Shown: one piece after another, positions 1-9,597 of the stretch
Numbering within the stretch: position 1 is the first letter of the stretch
Layout: each line of letters starts with the position of its first letter
Source: Polyangiaceae bacterium
GTDB taxonomy: Bacteria; Myxococcota_A; Polyangia; Polyangiales; Polyangiaceae
DNA length: 64,000 nucleotides
Direction: 5' to 3'
Assembly (NCBI GenBank): GCA_035063585.1
Contig: JAPSGB010000003.1
Span: 320,001-384,000 of the forward strand
Position numbers and translations under genes: made by a program
Notes under the pieces: model-generated
The model's input: the letters and a program-made list of their open reading frames with translations, nothing else
Database searches by the model: none
What the model was told of the DNA's origin: nothing

Positions 1-250
1 CGGCGAGCGCGTGAGCTTCGAAGGAGCGCATCGAGGCCGTAAGAAGCAAGAACTCGCCCCGGATGCAAGCCGCTCCGCTTCGGCGCGCGCCGCGCGCCTC
101 GCCGGGGTTCACCGGTGCGCGCGCTCGGCCTGCGCCGCCGGCCGCGACGGACCGCCATCCCGAGGGCCCCCGAGGAGCGCGGATTCGCGTGAGGCGAAGC
201 CGCGCGGACTCTGCTACCTTGAGGAGCTTCCAGGCTTGGGGAGGGAAAGG

Positions 251-2710
251 GTGCGCTTCGTGGAAGATTGGCGTTCACGGATCACGAGAAGTTCGCTCGG
301 CGCGGCGGTGGTGGCGCTCTCGGTGCAGCTCGGGTGCGGCGGCGACGCCAAGCCGCCGGTCGCCCCGCCGACCGCCGCGAGCTCGAGCCCCGCGAAGCTC
401 ACCCCCGATGGGTGGTCGAGCGGGAAGGCCGCGAGCGGGCCGCTCCCGTCCGGGCGCGTGCCGAGCCCGAAGCTCATCGATCGTCGCGAGCGGAGCGCGC
501 TCGCGTCGGACTCGGCGAGCGGAGCGCGGAGCACCGTCCGTCCGACCAAGAGCGAGGCGGAGGTGTACCGCGCGGTCGCGCCAGCGACCGTCATCGTGCG
601 GGTGCCCGACGGCATGGGCAGCGGGGTCATCATCGATCCGGCGGGCTGGGTGCTCACCAACCACCACGTGATCGAGCACGGGGAGAAGAAGGATTTCCGA
701 GTGAAGGCGACCATCGCCCTCGGTCACCTCGACAAGACGACCGGCGGGATGGAGCGGGACAAGAAGGAATACACCGCGTGGGTCTATAAGGACGACAAGC
801 TCCGCGATCTCGCGCTCCTCAAGATCGAGGATCCGCCGAAGGGTCTGCCGTTCGTGCCGCTCGCGACCGACATGCCCGTGCCCGGCGAGCACGTGGTCGC
901 CATCGGTCACGCCGGCGCAGGCATGCTCTGGGCGATCAAGGCGGGTGAGATCTCTGCGCTCGGCAAGCTGAGCGAGCACCTGGCGACCCTCGCGCAGTTC
1001 AAGGATGACGAGAACGGCAGGAAGGCCGAGGCCGAGTTCAAGAAGTACCTCGACTCGCAGAACCTCGGGGTGGTGATCCAGTCGACCTGCACCATCCTGC
1101 CCGGAGACAGCGGCGGGCCGCTCGTCACCGCGCGCGGCGAGCTGGTCGGGCTGAACGCCTTCAGCAACAAGGATCCGCGCACCGGCGGCCTCTTGAACTT
1201 CCACGTTCACCTGGCGGAAATCGCGAAATTCGTGGCGGACAAACCCGCCAAGGTCGCGCGGATGGTGCCCGATCCATGGTCCGATGGCGGCGGCGACGCG
1301 AGCTACGAGGACGTGGATCTCGACGGCAAGGTCGACACCCTCCTGCTCCAGGGCCGGCGCGCGTGCGCGTTCTGCCCGCGCCAGAGCCTAGCGGTGTTCG
1401 TCGATCCGGATCAGGAGATGGAGGGTAACCTCCCGCCGCTCGCGGAGGTCTATTCGAAGAAGAGCTTTCGCTCCGAGCTCGCGTACCTGCAGGTCGAGGA
1501 CAGCTCCTTCATCTGGTACGACACCGATCGCGACGGTAGCTATGACGTCCTCCTGGTCGATGAGGCCACCACCGGGCGGAGCAGCGCCGGCTATCGCATC
1601 CAGCCGGATGGCGATCTGACCCCCGACGACCAGCTGGCGAGCGGCTCGGTGATCCGCATGTCGCTCATCAAGGATCGAGTCGCGCGCGACCGCCTCCAGC
1701 GCATCGCGCTGGCCGCGTTCCCGGAGCGCTACGTCGAGGCCTCGCGGCCGCTCGATCAGGTAAACCCCGAGCCGGTCGGCTCGACCGGCAAGGCAGAGAC
1801 GAGCGACCTCGACTCGAACGGCGTCGCCGACTCGGTCCGTATCAACGCGACCTTCAGCTCGCGCATGGTGGTGGACGTGGACGAAAACAGCGTGTCCCGC
1901 CTGCCGTCCGAGTTCGACGTGGGCGCCACGCTCCAGCCCGGGATGCTCGACGCCGAGCTGTCGGTGGTCACCCAGGGCACCAACATGTGGGTCGTCTACG
2001 ACACGGACGACGACGGTCGCTTCGACCTGGTGCTCCGCTCGGCGGGCGCACGCCTCTACGTCGCCACCGATGCCTTCGTGGTCGACGCCGGCGGGCAGCG
2101 CACACCCGCGCCCGAGCACATCGGGCGGAAGCTCGTGCGCCCGGAGCTGCTCGGCGCGCTCGGCGGGCGGATGCACGACTTCTCGAGCAAGGTGTTCCTC
2201 GACATCCTGACCGCGGGCGACGACAGCGGGCTCGCCTCGTTTCCCGACCCCGCCAAGGATCATCGCGGCACCAGCATGTCGATGCTCGGGGTGAAGGGTA
2301 GCCCCAACACGGTGGTCGTGATCCACGCGCAGGGCAGCGACGGCTACCTGGTCGACCTCGATCAGAGCAGCCTTCGCGGCAAGAAGACCTCCGACCCGGC
2401 GACGCTCACCAAGCTGGTCGAGGGAGGCAAGGTCGACGCGGAGTTTGCCTACTTCGAGCGGAACGGCCTCGCCTGGGCCTACTACGACACCGACGACAAG
2501 GACGGCTACGACGTCGTGCTCTACACGGCGACCCCGCGCCATGGCCGCGCCGACCGAGCGTTCCGGGTGGACAAAGCGGGCGCGCGGCTCGACTCGTCGC
2601 TCGCCGGCGGCACCATGGTCCGCCCCTCGCTCTACGGGAAGAAGTCGCTCGCGAGCAAGCTGAAGAAGCTCGCTCCCGAGATGTTCGTCGAGAGCGCCAT
2701 CGAGCGGTAG
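251..2710 (+). CDS. Lipoprotein trypsin-like (S1/HtrA-like, no PDZ) serine protease with three C-terminal DxDxDG-containing repeats
   Basis: Catalytic motifs LTNHHV, RDLALL, PGDSGGP; lipobox-like QLGC after a hydrophobic stretch. Start placed at GTG 251 after purine-rich GAGGGAAAGG; the ORF track's extension to 11 is probably not coding. Confidence 0.8.
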   Translation: MRFVEDWRSRITRSSLGAAVVALSVQLGCGGDAKPPVAPPTAASSSPAKLTPDGWSSGKAASGPLPSGRVPSPKLIDRRERSALASDSASGARSTVRPTKSEAEVYRAVAPATVIVRVPDGMGSGVIIDPAGWVLTNHHVIEHGEKKDFRVKATIALGHLDKTTGGMERDKKEYTAWVYKDDKLRDLALLKIEDPPKGLPFVPLATDMPVPGEHVVAIGHAGAGMLWAIKAGEISALGKLSEHLATLAQFKDDENGRKAEAEFKKYLDSQNLGVVIQSTCTILPGDSGGPLVTARGELVGLNAFSNKDPRTGGLLNFHVHLAEIAKFVADKPAKVARMVPDPWSDGGGDASYEDVDLDGKVDTLLLQGRRACAFCPRQSLAVFVDPDQEMEGNLPPLAEVYSKKSFRSELAYLQVEDSSFIWYDTDRDGSYDVLLVDEATTGRSSAGYRIQPDGDLTPDDQLASGSVIRMSLIKDRVARDRLQRIALAAFPERYVEASRPLDQVNPEPVGSTGKAETSDLDSNGVADSVRINATFSSRMVVDVDENSVSRLPSEFDVGATLQPGMLDAELSVVTQGTNMWVVYDTDDDGRFDLVLRSAGARLYVATDAFVVDAGGQRTPAPEHIGRKLVRPELLGALGGRMHDFSSKVFLDILTAGDDSGLASFPDPAKDHRGTSMSMLGVKGSPNTVVVIHAQGSDGYLVDLDQSSLRGKKTSDPATLTKLVEGGKVDAEFAYFERNGLAWAYYDTDDKDGYDVVLYTATPRHGRADRAFRVDKAGARLDSSLAGGTMVRPSLYGKKSLASKLKKLAPEMFVESAIER

Positions 2711-2730
2711 CCCGGCCGCGGCGCTCCGGC

Positions 2731-3696
2731 TCAGCGCGAGGGCGCGCAGGTGGAGACGCCGGCGCCCACGATGGTGGTGTCGGTCCGCGCGATGACCGGC
2801 GGCGTGGTCGTGCCGCCCGGCGTATAGCGGTTCACCTCGCTCTCGCCGGTCGTCTTCGACGTGAAGAAGTAGAAATCGCCGCCCCAGAACGCGAACGCCC
2901 AGGCCGAGATGTCTCCCGAGCCGAGGTCGAGGAGGGTGTCGTCCCGGACCGCGGCACGGGTCGGCTCGAGCTCGCTCAGGTGTGCGCGCGGCGAGCCTGG
3001 GGCGAATGCGTAGAGGTTCCCTTCGCCGGTCCCGGTGAGCTCCGGATCGCCGATGATGCGGTCCAACTGCCCGACCCGCGTGAGCTCGAACGTCGCGGGC
3101 TCGACGCGCGCGAGCTCGGCCGGTCCGCCGCTGCCCACGCTGCCCGTACCGGCGACGTAGAGCGTCTCCCCTCCGCCCTCGGCGTTCGCGACGAAGCCCA
3201 TGCCAAATACGCTCGGGAAGCCCTGCTGCCCCGGCACGAAGCCGGTCCGCTCGCACGAGGCGGTGAGCGTGCTCACGCGGAAGAGCTCGCCATCGTTATA
3301 GAGGACGAATGCGATGCCCTCGCGGTCCACCGCCATGGAAAATGGCGAGGCTCCCCCCGCGGGGCACGCGATGTTCCCGATGGTGTGGAAGCTCGCCGAC
3401 GGCGGGTAGAAGCGGAGCAGCCGGTTCTCGGAGGAGATCAGGTAGACGTAGGTGATCCCGGCGTCCACGCAGTCGATGATCGGGCGGTCGGGCGGCGCGT
3501 CGAAGACGTCTTCGGGGGCGTCGATCGCGGCGTCGATCGCGGCGTCGACCGCGGCGTCGGGCGCCTCCTCGTCGGGCGCGTCTGCCGGTGCGTCGCGGCC
3601 GGCGTCGCGCTCCGGCGGGACGTGGAGCCCGGTGCGGGCGCCGCACGCGCTCGCGACGAGGACGAAGGCGAGGCCGGCGAGTCGAGAGGGGTTCAC
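2731..3696 (-). CDS. Myxobacterial-type lipoprotein with acidic DA-rich linker and probable beta-propeller domain
   Basis: Signal with ASAC lipobox, DAAIDAA linker, beta-rich repeats (SMAVDR, GMGF, AFAFWGGDFYFF), C-terminal GAGVSTCAP. Confidence 0.7.
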   Translation of the reverse strand: MNPSRLAGLAFVLVASACGARTGLHVPPERDAGRDAPADAPDEEAPDAAVDAAIDAAIDAPEDVFDAPPDRPIIDCVDAGITYVYLISSENRLLRFYPPSASFHTIGNIACPAGGASPFSMAVDREGIAFVLYNDGELFRVSTLTASCERTGFVPGQQGFPSVFGMGFVANAEGGGETLYVAGTGSVGSGGPAELARVEPATFELTRVGQLDRIIGDPELTGTGEGNLYAFAPGSPRAHLSELEPTRAAVRDDTLLDLGSGDISAWAFAFWGGDFYFFTSKTTGESEVNRYTPGGTTTPPVIARTDTTIVGAGVSTCAPSR

Positions 3697-3814
3697 GGCG
3701 CGGGATGGTCCAGCAGCGTCGAGCGCCGGTCAATGGGGCACCCGGCGCGACCTCGCGCCGTCCCGACCGGCCAGTCGCCGTCTCGTGCCGAACCGTGACG
3801 AGCGAGGCCCCGGC

Positions 3815-5782
3815 TCAGTCGAAGCGGCTCGTGATTTTCTCGGCGGTGCGGGTGGCGAGCGCCATGATGGTGAGCTGGGTGTTGACGGCGATGCTCGAGG
3901 GCACCGCGCTGCCGTCCACGATGTAGAGGCCGGGGACGTCGTGCGACTCGCACGAGGCGTCGACCACGCTCCGCGTGGGATCGGCACCCATCCGGCAGGT
4001 GCCGAGCGGGTGGAAGCCGATCATCATCAGGTCGAAGCCGCCCGGGCAGGCGCGCTCGAGCCGCTCGATGTCCGCGAGCGTGTGAAGCTCGTGATGGTGG
4101 CGGATCTCGGTGTAGATCTCGCGCGAGCCGGCCTCGTAGAAGATCCGCGCGATCGCCGCGCTCCCACGCGCGAGCAAGCGGCGCTCGTGGACCCCGAGCT
4201 GGTAGAGCATGAGCGGGCGGCCCCTCGGGCCGAGCACGATGCGCCCATTGGGCTCGTCCTCGACCATCACGCCGAAGCTTGCCACGTGACTATAGGCGCT
4301 CATGAGGTCCATGTAGCGACGCCCGACCATCGGGAACATGGTCGCGCCGACGTCGAGCGGCGCGCCAGCGCCCAGGATGAGGATGCCGTCGCGATGGAAC
4401 TGGGTGACCCCGTAGCCCTGCGGCACCCGGTTCCACCCGCGGATCTCGTCATCGAACACGCCGCTCACGCCGGTGGCGGGGTGGATGGTGAGGTTTCTTC
4501 CCACCATGCCGCTGGAATTGGCGATGCCCTGCCGCAAGAGCAGCACCGGAGTGGCGAGCGAGCCGCACGCGAGGATGGTGCCGCGCGAGCGGACGCGGAT
4601 GGTCGCGCCGTCGCGCCGCTTGCCGATGACGCCCACCGCGCGCCCGCCCTCGAGCCACACCCGCTGGACGGTGAGCCCGGTGACCAGGCTCGCGCCGCGG
4701 TCGAGCGCGAGCGGCACGTAGCTCACGTTCATGCTCTTCTTCGCGTCGGTCGGGCAGCCCCACTGGCAGACCCCCTGCCCGTCACAGCCCGGCGCGTTGC
4801 GCGGCACCGGGAAGTGGCTCCAGCCGAGCTTGTCGCAGCCGCGCGCGATGATGTCGGCGGCGGCCCCAATCACCTTCGGATCGCTCGGCGCGACCTCGAG
4901 CGTGCGCTCGACCTTCGAGTAGTAGGCGTCGAACGCCTCCGGCGTGAACTCGGTGAGACCGTGCTCGCTCTGCCACTTCTCGAAGATCCAGTCGGGGGCG
5001 CGCAGGCACGTCCCGCTGTTGATGGTCGTCGAGCCGCCCACGTCCTTGCCGAGCGGGATCGGGATCACGCAGTTGCCGACCACGCCGTTGATGCCGGCGT
5101 TCTTGTAGAGCTTCCTCATCCCCGGCACCGAGCGCCGGATGAAGTCCTTGCGCGTGTAGTACTCGCCCTGCTCGATGAGGAGGACGGCCACCCCGCGCTC
5201 GGCGAGCTCTTTGGCCACCACCGCGCCGCCCGCGCCGGTGCCGACCACCACCACGTCGCACTCGAGCACCTCGTGGGCGTCGAGCTCGCTCGCCGGGGTG
5301 ACCCGCTGCATATGACGCGGCACCTCGTCGTGGACGGGCGGGTTCTCCCACACGCAGCCGAGCGTCCGATAGACGTCGCGGTCGTCGAAGTGCGCGTTCT
5401 TGAGCGGGTAGGTGAGGGCGATGAACGCGCCGCGCGCGGCCTGGCTCCCTTCGTGCCAGCGCGCGAGAAACTCCGCGCCACGCTCGGGCTCGAGCGCGGA
5501 GAACCGCTTGCCGGTGGTCGCGAGCGGCGCGAACTCGAGCAGATCGAGCAGTCGGAGGTAGCCGCTCGGGCTCCCGAAGCTCGCCACGCTCTTGGCGAGG
5601 CGGACGAGGGTGGCGTCGTCTGCGCCCGGCATCAGGCTGCCGCTCGGCAGGACCGCGAGAGCGAGCGCGCGCGCGACGCGGAAGCCGCGCGCGCCCAGCA
5701 CCTCGCGAGCTCGCGCGAGCTCGTCCGCACGCGCGCCGGACGCGCTCCGGGCGGTACGGAGCTCGACCGTCGCGGCGCTCAC
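3815..5782 (-). CDS. GMC family FAD oxidoreductase (long-chain alcohol oxidase-like)
   Basis: VVVVGTGAGG FAD motif, GGSTTINSG, C-terminal HPLGTCRMG and VNTQLTI. GTG start at 5782 overlaps the upstream stop (GTGA). Confidence 0.88.
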   Translation of the reverse strand: MSAATVELRTARSASGARADELARAREVLGARGFRVARALALAVLPSGSLMPGADDATLVRLAKSVASFGSPSGYLRLLDLLEFAPLATTGKRFSALEPERGAEFLARWHEGSQAARGAFIALTYPLKNAHFDDRDVYRTLGCVWENPPVHDEVPRHMQRVTPASELDAHEVLECDVVVVGTGAGGAVVAKELAERGVAVLLIEQGEYYTRKDFIRRSVPGMRKLYKNAGINGVVGNCVIPIPLGKDVGGSTTINSGTCLRAPDWIFEKWQSEHGLTEFTPEAFDAYYSKVERTLEVAPSDPKVIGAAADIIARGCDKLGWSHFPVPRNAPGCDGQGVCQWGCPTDAKKSMNVSYVPLALDRGASLVTGLTVQRVWLEGGRAVGVIGKRRDGATIRVRSRGTILACGSLATPVLLLRQGIANSSGMVGRNLTIHPATGVSGVFDDEIRGWNRVPQGYGVTQFHRDGILILGAGAPLDVGATMFPMVGRRYMDLMSAYSHVASFGVMVEDEPNGRIVLGPRGRPLMLYQLGVHERRLLARGSAAIARIFYEAGSREIYTEIRHHHELHTLADIERLERACPGGFDLMMIGFHPLGTCRMGADPTRSVVDASCESHDVPGLYIVDGSAVPSSIAVNTQLTIMALATRTAEKITSRFD

Positions 5783-6255
5783 GAGGCCCTCGACTTGCGC
5801 GCGTGACGCGCCGGTTCCGCCGGCCGCATCGAGCGCAGGAAGCCGGCGAGATCGCGCCTCGCGTCGAAGCGAGTGAGCGAGGTGCCGATGCGCGCGCCGT
5901 GCGCGTCGGTGAGCTCCGCGGGTAGCGTGGTGAGCCCGTGGAGCGGGCGCATCAGCCCGAGCGTCTTCTCGCCGAGGTAGCGGTAGGGCTTGCCGTCCGC
6001 GCCCGTGAACTCGAGCCGGTAAGCGATGCGCCGGCGCAAGAGCTGGACCTCGAGGGTGCCCTTGACCGGGACGTTCTCCGCGAGCCCCTCGGCGAAGAAG
6101 GACCCGTCGAGCTGCATCACGCCGCCCTTCACGTACGCGGCCGCGTCGGTCGCGTCTGCGTCGACGGAAAACCAGCACACGCGGCGACCGCTGCCGTCGG
6201 TCGGGGTCCAGGTGCCGCGCATCGTCTCACTGAAGCCGTGGAGTCCTATCGCCAT
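5779..6255 (-). CDS. Hypothetical beta-rich protein coupled to the GMC oxidoreductase
   Basis: Strong SD (AGGAGGGAGG) before ATG, typical codon usage, GTGA overlap with the GMC gene. Confidence 0.75.
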   Translation of the reverse strand: MAIGLHGFSETMRGTWTPTDGSGRRVCWFSVDADATDAAAYVKGGVMQLDGSFFAEGLAENVPVKGTLEVQLLRRRIAYRLEFTGADGKPYRYLGEKTLGLMRPLHGLTTLPAELTDAHGARIGTSLTRFDARRDLAGFLRSMRPAEPARHARKSRAS

Positions 6256-6270
6256 GCTCGCCTCCCTCCT

Positions 6271-7059
6271 TCAACTCACCCTGCCGCGCCGCCCGCGAGC
6301 CGCTCGCAGGAGCCCGCGCTGGCCCGCGGCGTGCTCGCGCTCGGCGTGGAGCCGCGCCGACTTCGAGAGCCGGCGCCCGTTCTCCTTCAAGTACTCGAGC
6401 GTCGCGCGCTCGGCCTCGTCCGGCGCGCCGTCTCGCACCGCCGAGAGGACCCGCTCGAGCGACTCGCGGATGAACGCGCGATCGTCGAAGGCGCCCTCGA
6501 ACACGTGCGCGCGCGCGCGGTAGATCGAGTACATCGAGTTCGCGGCGAGCGAGAAGATGCGGTTGCCGGTCGCGCGCACCAGGGCGCGGAAGAACTCGAG
6601 CTCGAGCCGCTGGGCGTCTGCCGCGCTCATGGGCTCGCGCCCGAGCTCGTCGAGCGGCGCGGCGAGCGCGGCGAGCGCGGCGCTCGAGCGGCGCTCGGCG
6701 GCGCGGCGAGCGAACAGGCCTCCGAGCAGGGTGCGCGCTTCGATGAGGTCGTCCAGCATGGCCGCGTCGATGCCGTCGGCGCGAAACACGAGGTGCGCGA
6801 CCAGCTCCATCCCGGCCGACTCGGCGGGATCGAGCACGACCGAGCCGATGCCGTGGCGGATGGCGATGAGCCCGAGCTGCTCGAGGCGCATGAGCGCGTG
6901 CTTCAGCGAGGTGCGGTTGACGCGCAGGGCGTCGGCGAGCTCACGCTCGGGCGGGAGCGTCGCGCCCTTCGCGTAGCGGCCGTCCAAGATCTCCTCGCGG
7001 AGCTTGGTGGTCAGCAGGTCGACCAGAGTCCTTTTCTCGAGCGGTTCGAGGTCGTCCAA
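6271..7059 (-). CDS. GntR family (FadR subfamily) transcriptional regulator
   Basis: wHTH LPPERELADALRVNRTSLKHALMRLEQLGLI..RHGIGS plus FCD-like C-terminus (ATGNRIF); TTG start at 7059 after GGAGG. Confidence 0.88.
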   Translation of the reverse strand: MDDLEPLEKRTLVDLLTTKLREEILDGRYAKGATLPPERELADALRVNRTSLKHALMRLEQLGLIAIRHGIGSVVLDPAESAGMELVAHLVFRADGIDAAMLDDLIEARTLLGGLFARRAAERRSSAALAALAAPLDELGREPMSAADAQRLELEFFRALVRATGNRIFSLAANSMYSIYRARAHVFEGAFDDRAFIRESLERVLSAVRDGAPDEAERATLEYLKENGRRLSKSARLHAEREHAAGQRGLLRAARGRRGRVS

Positions 7060-7096
7060 GAGGCCCTCCCGGCGACATGTGGTCACCGAGTGAATG

Positions 7097-7137
7097 AGTG
7101 GCTCAGCCACTAAGCCACGCACCGCCGAGCCTGTCAA
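7097..7137 (-). promoter_or_regulatory. Putative gntR promoter (-35 TTGACA) with overlapping inverted-repeat operator
   Basis: TTGACA on the minus strand at 7132-7137; AGTGGCT-C-AGCCACT inverted repeat at 7097-7111. Confidence 0.55.
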
Positions 7138-7214
7138 GCCGGGCGGGGTCCGGCCGCCGCCGCGGCTCTGCTAGGCTTCGCTCGCTGGCCCCCCCGAACC
7201 CGGAGACAGAGCCC

Positions 7215-8297
7215 GTGTCAGACCGCTCGCGCGATTGGTCCCGCCGTCATTTCCTCGGGAGCGCCGCGGCGCTCGCCGGCGCCGCCTCCTTCACGGGCGA
7301 GCTCCTCACGGCCGGGGCGGCGCATGGCGCCGAGGGATCGCTGGTCGCCGCGCCGCCCCCCGGCTTCACGCCGCTCTCGAAGCCGGGCCGGATCGTCCAG
7401 GTGACCAAGGGGGACGATCTCGCCGCGCTCATGCAGCAGAACCAGCTCTGGCCGAAGCCGGAGATCGCGCGCGCCATGCTCGAGAAGGCGCTCACGGCCT
7501 TCACCGGCGCGGGCAACCTGGAGAGCGCGCTCGGCCGCTTCATCCACGCGGACGACGTGGTCGCCGTGAAGCTGAACGGCATCGCCGGTCAGTCCGGCGC
7601 GACCATGGCCGTCAACTTCGAGCTCGTGCTGCCGCTGGTGGAGGGGCTCCTCGCGCTCGGGGTCCCCGCCGGCAAGATCACCATATACGAACAATTTGGT
7701 TCATATATGAACGGGACCCGGACCAAAGCGAGCAAGCTCCCGAAGGGCGTGAAGCTCGGCATCCACGGCAACGCCGACGCCACCATGCGCGGCGTCCAGG
7801 TGTGCAAGGGGATCGAGACGAAGTACGTTCGGTTTCTCACCGAAGCGACCGCCGTCATCAACATGACGCAGATGAAGGATCACTCCATCTGCGGGTACAC
7901 AGGCTGCCTCAAGAACGTGACCCACGGGTCCATCACCAACCCCTCGAAGCACCACGCGCACCGCGCCTCGCCGCAGATCGCCGAGCTATACGCCCACGAC
8001 ATCGTGCGGAGCCGCGTGCGCCTCCACATCACCGACGCCTTCAAGATCATCTACGACCAGGGCCCGCTCGACAAGAACCCGGCCCGGCGCATCCTGCACG
8101 GCGCGGTGTACGTCTCGACCGATCCGGTGGCGATGGACGTCTACGGGTGGGGCGTCATCGATCGGGCGCGGCAGGAGAACGGCTTGAAGTCGCTGGCGGC
8201 CGCCGGGCGCGAGCCGAGCTACCTCCGCATCGCCGGTGAAAAGGGGCTCGGGGTGTTCGACCTGAACGCCATCAAGCTCACTCAAGTAAGCGCTTGA
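7215..8297 (+). CDS. Tat-exported DUF362 domain protein (paralogue 1)
   Basis: Twin-arginine SRRHFL; VAVKLNG, KDHSICGYTGCLKN, STDPVAMD motifs; GTG start after GGAG; extended -10 TGcTAGGCT at 7169-7177. Confidence 0.8.
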   Translation: MSDRSRDWSRRHFLGSAAALAGAASFTGELLTAGAAHGAEGSLVAAPPPGFTPLSKPGRIVQVTKGDDLAALMQQNQLWPKPEIARAMLEKALTAFTGAGNLESALGRFIHADDVVAVKLNGIAGQSGATMAVNFELVLPLVEGLLALGVPAGKITIYEQFGSYMNGTRTKASKLPKGVKLGIHGNADATMRGVQVCKGIETKYVRFLTEATAVINMTQMKDHSICGYTGCLKNVTHGSITNPSKHHAHRASPQIAELYAHDIVRSRVRLHITDAFKIIYDQGPLDKNPARRILHGAVYVSTDPVAMDVYGWGVIDRARQENGLKSLAAAGREPSYLRIAGEKGLGVFDLNAIKLTQVSA

Positions 8298-8470
8298 GTG
8301 TCGCGCTCGACGCGCGAGGTGACGCTCGTCATGTCGAGACGTGATCGCGCATCAAGTCCGCGGCGCGCGCCGGCTCCGCGCCGTCGATTTCACGGCACGT
8401 GAGCGGTGCGGCCGCGCGCGCGCCTGCTAGGGTGAGCGGGTCGTCGATTTCGCGACCCGGAGGTGTCCCC

Positions 8471-9565
8471 ATGTCGGAGCGCTCGGGCGACTGCTCACGC
8501 CGCCATTTCCTCGGCAGCGCCGCCGCGCTGGCCGGTTCCGCGACGCTCACCGGCTCGCTCCTGTCGAGCGCCGCCGGCGCCGAGGAGGCGAGCCTCGTCG
8601 CGCACCCGCCCGACGGCTTCACGCCGCTCGCCCGCCGCGGCTACGTCGTGAAGGTGACGATGGGAGACGACCTTACCGCGATCATGCAACCGAACCAGCT
8701 CTGGCCGAGGCCGGAGGTCGCGCGGAAGATGGTCGAGAAGGCGCTCACCGAGCTCACCGGCGAGCACGATCTGCCGAGCGCGCTCGGCCGCTTCGTCCAC
8801 AAGGACGACGTCGTCGCCGTGAAGGTGAACGGCATCGCCGGCCAATCGGGCCGGACCATGGCGACCAACCTCGAGACGCTGCTGCCGATCGTCGAGGGGC
8901 TCGTCGCGCTCGGCGTGCCGGCGGACGCGATCACCCTCTATGAGCAGTTCGGCGCGCACATGCTGGGTACCCGCGTCACCAAGAGCAACCTGCCGAAGGG
9001 CGTGAAGCTCGGCATCCACGGCAACGTCGACGCGCGCATGCGCCCCATCGAGATCCGGAGAGGGATAAAGACGAAATTCGTGCGGTTCTTGACCGAAGCG
9101 ACCGCGGTCATCAACGTGGCGCTGCTGAAGGACCACTCCATCACCGGGTACACCGGCTGCATCAAGAACATCGCGCAGGGGTCGATCACGACCCCGGCCG
9201 AGCATCACTTCAACCACGGCTCGCCGCAGATCGCCGACACCTTCGCGCACCCTATCGTCCAGAGTCGCATGCGCCTGCACCTCACCGACGGCTTCAAGAT
9301 GATCTACGACGAGGGCCCGCTCGACAAGAACCCGCGCCGCCGGATCCTCCACGGCGCCATCTACGCGAGCACGGACGCGGTCGCCATGGACATGCTCGGC
9401 TGGAGCCTCGTCGAGAAGGCGCGCGCCGCCAACGGCCTCCCGACGCTCGCCGAGCGCGGGCGCGAGCCGAAGTACCTGAAGGACGCCGCCGCGCTCGAGC
9501 TCGGCGAAGGGGATCTCGACCGCGTGACCGTGAAGGAAGTGAGCGCCGAGCTCGACACCGACTGA
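8471..9565 (+). CDS. Tat-exported DUF362 domain protein (paralogue 2)
   Basis: SRRHFL; VAVKVNG, KDHSITGYTGCIKN, STDAVAMD; ATG after GGAGG; extended -10 TGcTAGGGT at 8425-8433; collinear with paralogue 1. Confidence 0.8.
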   Translation: MSERSGDCSRRHFLGSAAALAGSATLTGSLLSSAAGAEEASLVAHPPDGFTPLARRGYVVKVTMGDDLTAIMQPNQLWPRPEVARKMVEKALTELTGEHDLPSALGRFVHKDDVVAVKVNGIAGQSGRTMATNLETLLPIVEGLVALGVPADAITLYEQFGAHMLGTRVTKSNLPKGVKLGIHGNVDARMRPIEIRRGIKTKFVRFLTEATAVINVALLKDHSITGYTGCIKNIAQGSITTPAEHHFNHGSPQIADTFAHPIVQSRMRLHLTDGFKMIYDEGPLDKNPRRRILHGAIYASTDAVAMDMLGWSLVEKARAANGLPTLAERGREPKYLKDAAALELGEGDLDRVTVKEVSAELDTD

Positions 9566-9597
9566 CGTCGCGCACCCGACCCGGGGGGGGCGCGTAG

